From Ascoidea asiatica JCM 7603 (Eukaryota > Fungi > Ascomycota), in assembly GCA_001600695.1 (NCBI GenBank), contig BCKQ01000003.1:505731-528001 (forward strand): a stretch of DNA of 22,271 bases, given 5' to 3'. The notes beneath the pieces are model-generated. The model saw only the letters and a program-made list of their open reading frames with translations, was not told the DNA's origin and did no database searches. Positions within the stretch are counted from its first letter, which is position 1, and each line of letters opens with the position of its first letter. Made by a program: the position numbers and the translations under genes. Positions 9,521 to 21,747 of the stretch are shown here, piece by piece.

Positions 9521-11430
9521 TTGCATTTTGATTCAGGAATCTAGCATTCAATGATATAAATAGAGGTGTTTTTTTCTCTTTTCTTATTTGTTTTTTCTCT
9601 TTGTTTTAAAGAAATTATAAGACACACATTATAGAATTATAAGTTAAGACGAAAGTATACTCGTTGGTTGGTACTATATTAGAACTCTAGATACTTTGTA
9701 CATGTCCGTGGATAGCTTTTTATTAATTCTTAGTATATTTGTGGATAATGCTTGAACTTTACGAGTCATAATATCTACTACTTGGTTTACTGACTCAACT
9801 GAATTCTATATAAAGACTCTTAAAATACTTTTTATTTCTCTCTCTACCTATTTTGATGAAATTCGGTGGTGCATAGATCCTTGTTCTTTCATTATTTACG
9901 TGTTTGCAAATATTTTTCCAAAACCTATTAAATGATGTGTGTTCAACAAATATACGAACAACTGCAATGAAATGGCTGTGTCCTAAAACATTAACCAAGG
10001 CAATATAGTGGAACTTAATTTTTAGTAAGCGTATTATAGAATACATGAACCTTCGAGAACTGTTTAATTACAGTTTGCATGTCTCCTATGTTTATTCAAA
10101 CAGCTCGAATTGAACTTTATATTATACAAAAATTAAACAATAACGGAAACAACCCTAATTTAAAGAAACATGACCGGGAGTTGTTTTAAGTAAAATAACC
10201 ATACAAATGGATATTATTACTCTGAAATATATCCATGATGGCTCAGGGTAGCTCGGGATGCAACAACTGAAATTGGAATAGCTGTCAAGCTTTCCGCGAA
10301 ATGGGATGATTCCAATCAGATTTACATTGACACCGCCGGTAGAAAACAACGGTCAAATACTCATCGAGACACGATAAATTCTGATACTTCACAAATATAT
10401 ACAGTATCAGACAGGTGCAAAGACACTGTATCTGTTACACTTAAAAGGTAAATATGTACCAACCAAATCCAAAAAAATGACACAAGGTGGGCACAGTCTT
10501 AGCTGTGGATTTTTTTTTACATTACGACGTTTCAATTTTGAATTATCCACTGAAATTTTTTAATTTCGATATATTAATAAATTTAGTAGTGCAAATCGAC
10601 GTTCCAAAATTCAAACTCACTAACTAAAAAAGCAAGTATAACAGGAAATCAAATCGGCCTATAATTTTTTGGCGTTTCTAAAGGTATTTTGAGGAATACT
10701 AATTGCCCAGAATTCCCGTTCAGAATCAGGGTGTCCTAGTCCGCTTGAACAAAAATTCGAAAATTTGCTGATCAACGTTCAAATTTGTGTTTTACCATAA
10801 TAAACTTATAAGCCCTGTTTCTAACCGGCAAATAGCCAAGCAGATTTTGCACCAGTAAACCTTGAACCCCGAGGCTGGACTCCTAATTTATTCTTAAGCC
10901 GCTAGATCTACTAGTTTCCTCTTTAATCACTTCCCATCACGAGGGGGCAATGTACCCTATCACATATGAGACTAGGCTTACGCAATTTAACCTTCGAGAG
11001 GTCGTTCGAAAGTGAATCTACCAGGTTCCGTGGGTGAACTATATCCCAGGCCAGACCGTACATCCTTCCTATGTGAAATTTTCATCTTATCAAGTATTTT
11101 AAGTTTAGATTTTCTTACAGCCTGACCACTGGAGATGTACCACCATCAAAGTTGTTTTCATTTATTCTACATACATGAAGTAAGCTAACATTTCATAGCC
11201 CATCTAGCGACAATGTGGAGTGAGATTTAAGTAGGTTTTTGCCGCCAAAAGACGTGACCGAGGTCAAGTTAACCGATGTGCTGTTGACTGAAGTTAATAC
11301 ATCTTTATAGTGTGAATTTCATGAATATTTGCGTTCCGGTATCATAGATTTGCTTTGTTAATAGAATACTTTACTTGGTTAGCATTGATACGTGCCTTGT
11401 TGCCTCCATTACGTAGCATGTTACCACTTA

Positions 11431-12800
11431 CACAATGAAAATTAAAAAGTTTGAAACTGTTCTGAAATCGGAGGTGTCCAATTTTTTTATTTCAGATTGA
11501 TATTTATCAATTAAATATAACGATTATGTAGCTTATATAGTAAATAAACAATTAAAAATTGTGGTTATCTTAATGAGAAATGTCTGAGAATTCTAAATAT
11601 ATAGATAATGTAACAAAAGAATTCTTATTCACCTCTTTTTTGAAGAAAATAACAAGCCCTCTTACATTGCCGATACCCTTTCGATGAAGGTGGAATCGCT
11701 AAAGACTATTATCAAAAGGAATAAAAAGCAGCTCAACCCTCCATAAAGAACAGGAAGACTTCCCACATTTACATCTTATGTTGCCCGAATTCTCAAGCGA
11801 GCTGGTTTGAAAAACAGAGACGGGACCTGGCTGTCATTACTTGGTCCTGGATGTGCGAAAACCAAAAAAAAATCTTCGAATAAAAGGGAGCATTTAGGAT
11901 AAACAAAACCGATAAACCTTTTTAAAATAAGAACCATAACAGAGCCCTTATCCAGCTAGCCTAGAATCAACAGCAATCGCCACCCGAACATTGGGGGAAA
12001 GTGTGGTTATGTTTGATGAGGGTACCATCTGCAGTATTTGCTGCTTGGGTTCAAGGAATGGATTTGTGCTTAAAGGTTAAAACGACCTCAACCACCGATT
12101 CACAAATGTGTCTGTTCGAAGGAAGCTAACCGATATGTTTCGGTCAAATTACCTTAATTTGAACTTGGAAGCAGTGCAAATTTCTGTTTGTACCAAGAGT
12201 CCTTAAAGCAAATTATTTTCACTATATTTTATCGCATTTCAATACAGACTATGACGTGATTTTTCAGCAAGATAAATCTCCGTAAAATAGGTCTCCATCT
12301 ACGAAACAATTTCTGAAATCAAAAGGATTGGTGGTCTTGGTGTGGCCTGCGAACTCAGTATATATGAATCCAAAAAGAATTTATAGCCCATTTGGAAGGG
12401 GAAACTTTCTTGGGAGTATCCTCAGCTCGATAGGTGTCTAAAAGCCGGATAGTTCGCATTAGGGAACTCCAAGAGTCCATTAACCTGTGTTGGGAAATAT
12501 TTGCTTATAGTGGAATCCAGAACCTCAATGTTTCCATGCCGAAGTGAATGGCGATGGTTTTGCAGCAAAAAGGAGGCTCGATTCCCTATTAGCATATTTT
12601 TTATTTTTATTGTGTTTTTTTTACAGTTTTTTACAGTTCTTATTCTACGTTTTTGTATCTGAATTTTAATATAATTTTTCTTTAATTTTTTATTTATTTT
12701 TACTTGGTTAATATTACATCTAAAGAAAAAAAATTGAAATCAAACAGATTCAACCTCTTTTGAAAATCAAAACAGGTTCAAACTTTTAAATTTTGTCCTG
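11431..12800 (+). mobile_element. Tc1/mariner (DD34E) DNA transposon, near full-length but decayed
   Basis: Transposase relic from ATG 11580 to TAG 12592 with RTGRLP (GRP motif), VMFDEG (first D, ~12015), FQQDKSP (second D, 12271), WPANSVYMNP (12343-12372; E predicted 34 residues after D) and SMPK*MAMVLQQKGGSIPY*. Degenerate TIRs: 11431-11520 (aaaattaaaaagtttgaaactgttctga) vs reverse complement of ~12694-12800 (aaaatttaaaagtttgaacctgttttga). TA precedes the left end. Confidence 0.9.
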
Positions 12801-13703
12801 ATAAATCCACCCTATTTGGTTCTCTGTGGATACCTATCACCTCATTTACAAGAATGCTCCCTGTAACTGGTTTTGAGAACATAATTTAAGAACATAAAGA
12901 TGTCAAATTGTAAGCAATGTCGTTAAAAATAAAATTGTAAGGAAACTGTTGAATCTTACTGAATAGCACATGGTGATGTTCTCGCTGGGAAAGAAACTAG
13001 ATCGTTGCTTCTTGGATAAGGCTTTTAATATAATCAAAACTCGTTAGGCGATCGATTTATAGCTCTAGACCATATTAGTAGATACAAATACCATTATTGT
13101 TTTCAACTTGAGAACAACGTTAAAACCAACTAGCTGGTTATAATAAATTTATATGTGTCGTCACAGAAAAATGTAAAATCAATACAAATATATGATCATC
13201 TTTGGGATAGTCATATAGTTGTAGGTTCCTGCTACAAATAGTTTACGGTTCTTCTCCCCTTATGTCTTACAGAAGCATCCAAAAATCTGTGTTCAAATTT
13301 GAGACACTTGGGAGCATTGTTACATTATCCACTTGCCAAAATATCTCAATTCTGCAGATACTTAGTTGTCTGTCACTACAAGTTTTTAAATTAGTTTAGC
13401 CTTCAATTCTTGCCTGAATAATGTGATCAACATTATTGCTCGACAAACTTGGTTAGCATCAATTTAAGCTCCGTGATTGGGAAACTGGCCGAAGATCGAT
13501 TAAGACGTACTTTTAAACCATGGTGGGACCCTCCGGAAATTGTCAGTCGCTCAATCAGCATCTGGACAAATGCTTACAATTAATTGAAGCCTCACCAGCC
13601 GATGCTCACAGGAAAAGTGAGGATTGTTGACAGAAATGCTTCAACAATCATTTCTGACCTCAGTTCTTATAATACTAAGTTATGATCCCGTGATTATTTT
13701 TTT

Positions 13704-13810
13704 GTTTCAATTCTTTGTTTCAATTTTTATTATGTGTTTCAATTTTTATTATGTGTTTCAAAATTTTGTTTCAATTTTTATTACGTGTCTAATTTTTTTA
13801 TATTTTCGTG
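13704..13810. repeat. 19-bp minisatellite (gtttcaatttttattatgt) in LINE 3'UTR
   Basis: Units at 13717, 13736 and 13768, shortened units at 13704 and 13755, degenerate unit at 13787. Confidence 0.85.
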
Positions 13811-14087
13811 TTTGTTTATTTATTTCTCCATTAGGTAGACCTTTGTTTACATTTCAGAGACCAGCATGATATATAAAGAGATATTAAAACACTTAGAATT
13901 ATTTTAATTTCATTTTAATTTATTTTTTGAATTATTATTAATCTTTATTATTTATATCACATGTCAAATAACTTAATAAAAAAAAAAAAAAGCTTTAATC
14001 TTTTTCTTTTATCTTTTTAATTTTATTAATTTTTTAATCATCATCATTTAATTTGTTTTTAACAACCTCAACTTATTAATAAATATT

Positions 14088-14900
14088 ATTTTTTTTTATA
14101 TTGAATTAAAAAATCTGACTTTTGTAAGCAGGATCAAAAAACCGGGTCCTTAAGAAATGATGAATCAAATTGCTATGATCAATGAATACAGCTAGGTTCC
14201 CATTTATACCATACTTGAATAGGTAAGGGAGCAGCTTCAAATATGACCCGGAATTCTGAAATCCAAATTAAAGAACTAACAGCAACTCTAAGATCTCTAT
14301 CCACATTCATATATCACTAAAGAACTTTCTAGGGCATATATGGTTTTGGTAATAATTAGGAGTCCAAAGCAGATAATGTCTTCTGTGAGTACCCTTATTT
14401 TGTGGCAGCTCTTGCAATTATTATTCATTTAATAAAAATATGCGATGCCTATTATTGATATGGTAACATAATAAGTGGTCAAGTACCTACAAATAGAATT
14501 ACATACCACCGTTTTCTTAGGTTTTAGATACTAACCGCTTACGTGTAGTCACTAACAACATTGAATTTTAATCAATTTGTATTCAAGAAATCGTTTTACA
14601 TACACAAATATCACCTGACCTGCTGTAGCAACGTAATGCATCAAGCGGGAATTTATTACCAGAATAAACCAATACTGAATTTCAACTACTTCAAGGTTGA
14701 TCTGCTCCTCTATATTTTTGAGATTCTAAGGAACTACATATGTTTTTTTCGATTAAAAATAGGTCCTAATTGATCATTAACGGGGACATTAAAGGTTGTA
14801 TATTATCAATAATATTGTTGACTGACCAGTTTCAAACAGAATTCATTTCTTGTCACAACAAGTTGCTTTCCATCGCACTGATACCTAAAACCAACTGAAA
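14088..14900 (-). mobile_element. Second L1-like LINE 3' fragment (zf-RVT-like region)
   Basis: Minus strand reads MLP(I)NNRHRIF..., CKSCH..GT..H (14416-~14375), then SSLIWISEFRVIFE (IWxxRNxxIF-like, ~14278-14237). The T-run at 14089-14097 could be its poly(A) relic. Confidence 0.55.
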
Positions 14901-15328
14901 GGTAATTAAAAGAAGCCTGGAAAAAAAAAATCGGTTGTAAACATAGGCTAAAAACATTTAATTACCGCAGGTAATAAAATTTTGCTGGAAAGAATAAATA
15001 TATCTACATTCTAGAGCATAAAATGGTACTAACAGCATAGATGGTAAAAATCTCGGAGATACTTAGCTATAGTAAACGTAATAGAGTATTGTATTGTACC
15101 ATAATATGTATACAATAAGTACAATTATCCATACAGATGGATAATTCGGCATAAATAAACATATTGTTGCATAAAGTTGAATCAAGATTACATCTTTTGA
15201 CTTGACCTTGCATGCGTGTGTGCACAGGTGCACAGATAGTCGGATATCATGTGATATTATAGGCACATGGCATAGGTCATCTGTCCTTACGACCGCTATA
15301 GGGTACAAAGTAGAAAACATCTTCAGAT

Positions 15329-16180
15329 TGTTACCAGCCAGAGTCGTAAAACCTTTAAGAGTATATTAAAGCTTAGCCACTCGGTTCAAGGAAAATAAAA
15401 GAGGACTTACTACTTAGCCTTTATACGGATACATCTGAAATCCCAAAGGCCAATAGGAACCGGGCATGGACGCCTTCTGTATAGTTCCATTAGCTAACCC
15501 TAGTTTCATAGGAGCTAAGCTAAAATGTTCACAGCATATATATATCGAAGAGTCTTGCAATAAACAGGAGTCTAGTTTAGTTGATCGCTTTGGAATCTAT
15601 TTCCAGTCGGGGTCCGGGGTTTAGGATTATTCTCATCATTTTGCTTTCAAGTCGACACCAGTGGAAAGTGCGCTGATAGGTTTACTATGGTAAAATCGGC
15701 ATAATTTCATTTTATTTCTTATTAACTTTTTAACTTTTCTTCCAACGTAAAGTTGATTCCCACCTTCATTGTACGGAGGAACTCTGGGGATTTTGAGCCC
15801 AGAATGCTCGACGCTTCTCCGGGACCCAGTTGGAATCCAGAATTAGATAAAACGGATTAATTTCCTTTTATTTTTTAGTTAATTTTTCTTTTTTTTTACT
15901 TTTCTATTTAGATCAGGGATTAGCATTTAATTGATTAATACATTATGTAAATTTTATGTCTTCCATTGTGCAAAATGAATGAAAATTCAAGGCATTATGC
16001 CCATCGCAGCCGGTAAGCTGGGATACTGTAAGATGTTTTACTCGGTGAAGTTACTTTACGTGGATTAATCCATTAGCGCTTAACGATGCAGACTCTTTAA
16101 ACGATTTTGTACCTATGGTTAAACAACAAGGGGAAAATAATTACGGTTTTATTAGTAAAATCTGGAAGTTTGATTGAACT
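15329..16180 (+). mobile_element. Possible LTR-retrotransposon 5' end (LTR, PBS-like site, gag start)
   Basis: Segment starts TGTTACC (15329) and ends GGTTTACTA (15687), an imperfect inverted pair. It contains TATATATA (~15537) and AATAAA (15559) and is followed directly by TGGT (PBS-like). A stop-interrupted frame starts at ATG 15956 (MSSIVQNE*KFKALCP...SYFTWINPLALNDADSL). Confidence 0.3.
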
Positions 16181-17248
16181 ATGTGTTTGTTACTTAGATC
16201 AGGAAGTTATATTTCAGCTCTCAAATATTTCCTTTTCCTATTTTATTGCTCTTTTATAGAGTATTATCGCCCGATTAAGATATTATACCTTTATATCCTT
16301 CTATCTTATTCTTTACTCTTCTGGTTTACTCTAAATATTACTATATTGTTATAAAGAATAATTCTACTTTGATCAATTCTAGGTTAAGTTCGATTTAATT
16401 CCGACCCATAAAGATGCTATAGGATCCTTACAACTACATAATATTAGACCAAGTTTGGCGTGATAAATCCAATTCACTAGGTAAATGGATTGTTGGTTTT
16501 GTAAAGATGTTGAGACCGGACAAGAGTCTGTTTGGTAGAAATTCAAAAGCAAATTTAAAATATCGCTTTTTGGGTCTTGTGAACTTTCAGTGAATTTAGA
16601 GTTTGGGACTTGATGATTGCTGCTAAACGGTTCCGCACTATTGGACTCACATCCGGTATGTGATTCTGTGGCTTTATACTTTCGCTTGAACAGGGCTTCC
16701 GATATCACTATACAGCCGTTTTGGGTCAGCAAAACCGGGCCGGGAAACAGCATGACTGCATATACCTTGGTTGGCAAAATCGCTTCCCGACATGACCCCG
16801 ACTATAAAATGTGGCGTATGTAAAGTAGGTGTTCTTGCTGGAGAAAATGATTGCGGGGTAAACTCTAATCTGCCCGAACATTTCTTTGTTCCGGTTACTC
16901 CGGATCAGAAAACCAAATGTAAAACTTTGTATAGATAAAATAAAAAAATAGTATTCTGAACAGACTTTAAAGTTGAAAACAACTAATATTAGATATTGTT
17001 GTTGTTCAACTTGTATACTCCAATGTTAATAATCTTCTCAGGATATTCTTATTATTAGATTGTTCTTTTTAGTAATATTGGTATTGGTTTTTACCTTATT
17101 GATTTTCGCATAGAAATGTTTAGGGCATATATATAAAAAAGATTTCTAGATTGAAAAATTGTGCGAAACAAGAGCAATATATATTGATTTTATCTTATCA
17201 TATCATTTTTTACTTGCCGTATTTTCTGCCGCAAATTTAAACCCACAA

Positions 17249-19050
17249 CTAACTATTGCGGTCTACAAAATAATGGAACGTCTGTGTACAACAGTCCAAT
17301 ATTGAGTTGAACTCAAGTAGAGCACTATCGTCAAGCGATAATTCGTTAGTTGCAGCTGCTTGCTGTTCTGTCGTATCCATCGGACTACACGTATTCATTG
17401 TCCGGTACTCATATGATGAGCGTAATCTAAGAAAAATTTGTAAAAAAATCGCACCCATGAGAACAACCAGCTTCCCAGTAGAAACTGATGTACCAGAATT
17501 GCATCAATATTAGAGTGAGCTGTCATTACTGCCCCTCTAATTAAAAGTTTATACAAGCAACAGAGAAATAGATATAACGGGAAAATTGTCCATTACTTAC
17601 AGTTGTTTGTACTTCAGGGCATTGGCTGAAGGCAGCTGCCTACCTAAGATCATTTGATAGAAACATTTCATTTTATATTACCATAGTAACCAAAAAAGCA
17701 GTATCTGTCATGGCTTCAGCGGTTGAAATTTTCAACTGAGAAGACAAACCTTCTAATTGTGCTGAAATTGATTACAATAAGATTGAACTGAAGCAGGGAA
17801 TGGCGGTACACCTAAGCCCAATTTGACTTCTTTGCCTCTGAATATTGTTCACAATATTTCGTACCCCATTTGAGTTGACAAGCGTAACACCTGTATCAAC
17901 AGAAGTACACGCCTCATTTAACGCGGGAGCGTACATGGCACTTATTAGGTTGCTATAAATACAGCCTCCACTAAAGATTTTACAGTAAAGATTTTTCCCT
18001 CCAATAGCCCAGCTTGGCCCTCAAAACTCATAAATAACAATTGGATTACTATAATTTCTGATGCCCAGTTTCCCGGTGCGGACTTATCCACTACTATGTA
18101 CCTTTGCCTCAAAGGCACTTCGATCACAACTTGCAGTAATTGTAATCAACAACTAATAGAGGCATTGGTTTGGGTTCTCCTATCCATATGTGCAGCGGGA
18201 ATGGTGATATCATTATCGTCTTCGATTGTCACTTTACCCAAAATATTTTTTTGAATTTTTGGGCGCTGCGTTCCAGACATGAATCTTACTGGTGCTTCGA
18301 TTAAGTCTGCGAAAAAGTTGCCTAACCCAAACACCCACACATTACTCATCCACGCACTGCTTCTAGTACAGTACAGGCTTTTTGAACTTCATCAGCAACA
18401 TTAAACACTACCCGTTGCTTAACATTGGCTGTCCGGATAGTGATATAATGTTCTGATGGTGTAAGGCTTCAACTGGGGAAATTCCATGCCAACCTGCTGG
18501 CCCTGGGTGATGTTTGGTAGGGCTTGTTTGGCTTCAACCTGTGAACAACCATTTGCACCCTCCCTAGCAGCAATAAGCGGAATATCAGCTGACAGTTTAT
18601 CACTATGACTTGCAGTTAAGGTACGGTTATGCATAGAAACTTTAGTAACAACAACCTCACCTTCAATAATGTCACATCGGCAGAGCGGTTTGTGAGGGCA
18701 AAATCGGAGTATTTCTAACACGATTTGTAGTACCGATAGGTAGTCTAGTTGTTTCATAAGCATTCAACATGCACTCTAAATGCATGGTTTTCAAAAAGCT
18801 TTTTACAAATCGATCAGAGAAGTTTATTAACATACTCAGCTGTCTTATTTCGTTTATTTATTTTATGATGGAGATTGAAAACCGTTATTGTGAAGCGATC
18901 GTTTTCTTTTAAGATTGATTGGGTCGCCTTTTTTTTGCCTGATTTTTGAATGATATTTTAATGTAATCAGTTTTGTCAAGAAGTAGGATCTGAAAGGACT
19001 CTTGTTGTAATAAACGACGTTCAATCTTTTTCGAAAAATTCAAGAAATTT
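17249..19050 (-). mobile_element. Mutator-like (MULE) transposase pseudogene with FAR1-like N-terminus and SWIM finger
   Basis: Joins ORFs 18419-18763, 18146-18349, 17945-18127 and 17249-17458. Motifs in order: HLEC...RNT, VSMHNRTL (HNH-like, ~18630), PVRFMSGT (first D site, D mutated, ~18280), YIVVDKSA (second D, ~18085), F..QA (CxxH region), NWA*VYR, AQLEGLSSQLK (catalytic E, 17730-17762), and SWIM-like CNSG...GKL/CSHG (17503-17455). Confidence 0.8.
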
Positions 19051-19699
19051 TGACTAAGCATTCAAGGTTAATAATCCTGCTTACTACAGCAAGTGTCCAT
19101 ACCAGTGAGTTATGATATTTCAGACAAATAGTATTTACAACTTTCTTATGCAAGGCTTCAATACCTTGCCATCTCGATATAAATTAAATACAATGCCGGT
19201 TTTCATCAAGTGTCTTTTGACTTTACATAGACATTGATTAGACTGGCAGTGGAATACGTAGTACCTGATCCAGGTAAAAAAAGACTTCACAACTGAAGAT
19301 GTCACCTTTTATAGCTAAAAATTATAAAACACTTAATTCTTTACAGATATTAACTTATCTGCATCGTCGTTACATCGCTACGATATCTGTGAATATTATT
19401 TGGACAACCATCATACCAAATATATTTTTAATTAATTTAAAAATTGCGTAAAAATAAACTATAATAATAATAAACATTACTGATAATAACTAAGAACAGT
19501 AGAGACAGCATAACCAACAATTATATTCAATAAACTAAGATTATTAAAAAACAAATGAATATTTAAACTAACGTAAATAAAAAAATTTCTGCTTATTTAT
19601 ATTCATCAAAAGTCAAAACTGATTCTAGAAGTATAAATAAAATCAATTTAAAAGACTAAAAGTCAATGCACATAATCAAAAACCAACGGTCCTCAGTTG

Positions 19700-20465
19700 A
19701 TTTTTCGGGTCCTTTTGGCGCAAAGCCTAATTCAAAGGTCCGTCGTTATATGGGAATTTCAAAGATACCAAGGCGGTAAACCCGTCTCAACTGATACTCC
19801 TAAGAAACTGCGGATGCCCTTTAACACAAATTAGGAATAACCCTCGAGTTTTGGGAAGGATGGTTTGGTCCTATAGATGGTACAATGTGAGTACCTGCTG
19901 TTTTGGCACAGGTTTGATTTTTTAAACATTTCACCAACACCCACAGTCACCGTTTGAGAATCGTTTGTGGTAAAATAAGGGTAAGACTACTGGGATTGGG
20001 CTGGTTTTCCTTCTAAGTTTTTAGGAATAACATCCATTACCGCAAGCAAGCTGACCGAATTCCATGGAATCTCAAACGTATGCAGGACAACCTGTTTGTC
20101 ATTTATTTCTTTGGGGGTTGCGAGAAACTGTCAAGTGTAGTTTCAGCAGAATAATGCTGATATTCATCCCTCTTATACTTCAAAACCTTAGATCAATTCC
20201 AGGGGGTTGGTGCGACTTCCAAACTCACAAGAACTTAATATGATTCCAAATTTGTGCCCGATTTTGAAGGACCTCAGTTCCAACGATTTTCTGACCTTCC
20301 TATTTCGCTGAAAAGCAGCCTATTCCGTTTGAAAAATAGTGAACAGTCAATTGATCCTTTATGGGAATTGACCCATTACAGTCGCTTGGAAAACCTCATC
20401 TTATTATGGCCAAAATAGTGAAAAAGGTTTTGGAGAAAAGACGATTCTCTCCTCCGCAAAGATAA
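19700..20465 (+). mobile_element. Second Tc1/mariner transposase relic
   Basis: KVRRY..., KPVSTDTPKKLR, GRMVWS..DGT (first D, ~19856-19885), FQQNNADIHPS (20141-20173), LPNSQELNMIPNLCPILK (PNSPDLNPIENLW-like, 20216-20269), WELTHYSRLENLI...KVLEK. Nucleotide similarity to the first Tc1 around the first D. Confidence 0.85.
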
Positions 20466-20604
20466 ATTTTATTTAAATTATAAGTTTTTTGCCATTTATT
20501 TTATACTTTCCTATCCTACATTTTTGTGTCTACATTTCTAGTTTAAGTTAATTACAATTTACATTTATTTATCTTTAGAAACTTAAAGGTTTAAAATCAA
20601 AAAT

Positions 20605-20682
20605 AAAAAAAAATTGTTCAGACTCAAACCCGGTCGTTTCTGTGGAAGGCACCGCGTTCCTACAGCCTAGGTTATCGATACA
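20605..20682 (-). pseudogene. tRNA-Gly(TCC)-like relic (pseudo-tRNA or SINE head)
   Basis: Minus strand has gtgccTTCCAcag (Gly-TCC anticodon-arm-like), then gaccgggtttgagtc (degenerate B-box GGTTCGANTC), then a T9 run resembling a Pol III terminator. The cloverleaf does not fold well. Confidence 0.3.
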
Positions 20683-21747
20683 CCATTGGTAAGTATGCAT
20701 GGGTGAGCCAAGCCGCCTGGCACGAAAACAACAAGAATTTCGGATCCCTTTGGTCTTAAAAGCAAGCATGAAAACCGATTTCTTTCAACGCTAATTATAT
20801 TCATGCATATGGTTACCATAAAGGAATGTCATTCGCATGATTAACTATCTATCAAAAAAAAATTTTGAACAAATTTGCAGTGAGAAACCAATATTGCACT
20901 GGCCTATTATAACAGAACTATCGTAACTCTGTGTCCTTAGTTTGAGTTAAATAATTGGTAACCTGAGGTTTGTATAATAATTTGTCTGCATAAACACATA
21001 GAGTGGCAACTTCTGGTAAAGCAAATAACTTTCGAAGAACTATCAGTTTGATCAACTATCCCAAGTAAATATAAGAAATTAGTAGTTTCGATTTCGCAAA
21101 GGCATTCAGCCAAGAAAAAGACCATCGATCACTCCAATAAAAGCATATTCGCTTAAGTTACCAAAATAATCAACTGCTGCAAAAAAAAGAATATTAATTC
21201 CAAAACAATTGGGTTCCTCCCATTAGGTGAAGTTTTGATACTTATTACTGATGCAAAAACGCTTATAGAACGTGCTTCGCCTTTGCGCCTTCCAATGAGC
21301 ACTGTTAATTATGACATTAGTGATAAAACTCAAAAGGCTCCTGGAAAACATTATTGAATGGTGAAACAGTGCAAACTAAAAATATCAATGAATTATTTTC
21401 TCAAACTGGATATCGACTTTCTTTCTACATTTTTTCAGACTATGTCCGTGATAGTTACTGCTAGCCACGGTGTCGTTCGATGTGAATCGTTTTATGGACA
21501 ACTATTTGATTGTATGGTAAGTGGTTTACCTATGTAAAAACCTAGAAACAATGGTAAACTGCACTCCGTGCTTCACGGTTTCACTGTTACAGGGTACGGC
21601 CAGGCCCCTAATGAAGTATTCCAGTTTTATCTGCTTCTACTATATAATCTTGAATAAACTTCAAATGGAATCACTGACACCAGTTATATTATACCAATAA
21701 AATCTGCTGAATATTATTCTTACTATTAGTACTCATATTCATTTATT

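Larger units (their letters stand above)
10490..13991 (+). mobile_element. 5'-truncated L1-like non-LTR retrotransposon relic, interrupted by Tc1
   Basis: Degenerate RT-end motifs FTYDVSIL (FADD-like, ~10516-10540) and RYLGI-like (~10682-10700), then LITSHHEGAM...PWVNY (PxxEGGL...PW-like, ~10923-11040). After the Tc1 the frame continues to a zf-RVT-like region, W..IY...VPATNSL...CVQ..ET/WEHC...TC (~13134-13340), then NIIARQTWLA, a T-rich 3'UTR, AATAAA and an A14 tail at 13978-13991. Confidence 0.65.

Noticed and set aside
11580-12592. RIP (repeat-induced point mutation) as the cause of decay
   Set aside because: Lesions include many indels and transversions, and many CAA/CAG/TGG codons survive. 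No clear directional C>T signature was visible by eye; a RIP-index calculation is needed to exclude it formally.
16379-16823. Overlapping ORFs of 132 aa (-) and 68 aa (+)
   Set aside because: No recognisable domain. Probably a further decayed retroelement fragment, but the frame and family cannot be determined by eye.
1025-21125. Remaining short ORFs in the supplied track as real genes
   Set aside because: Mostly non-ATG starts, 60-116 aa, and antisense or off-frame to identified TE relics or low-complexity tracts.
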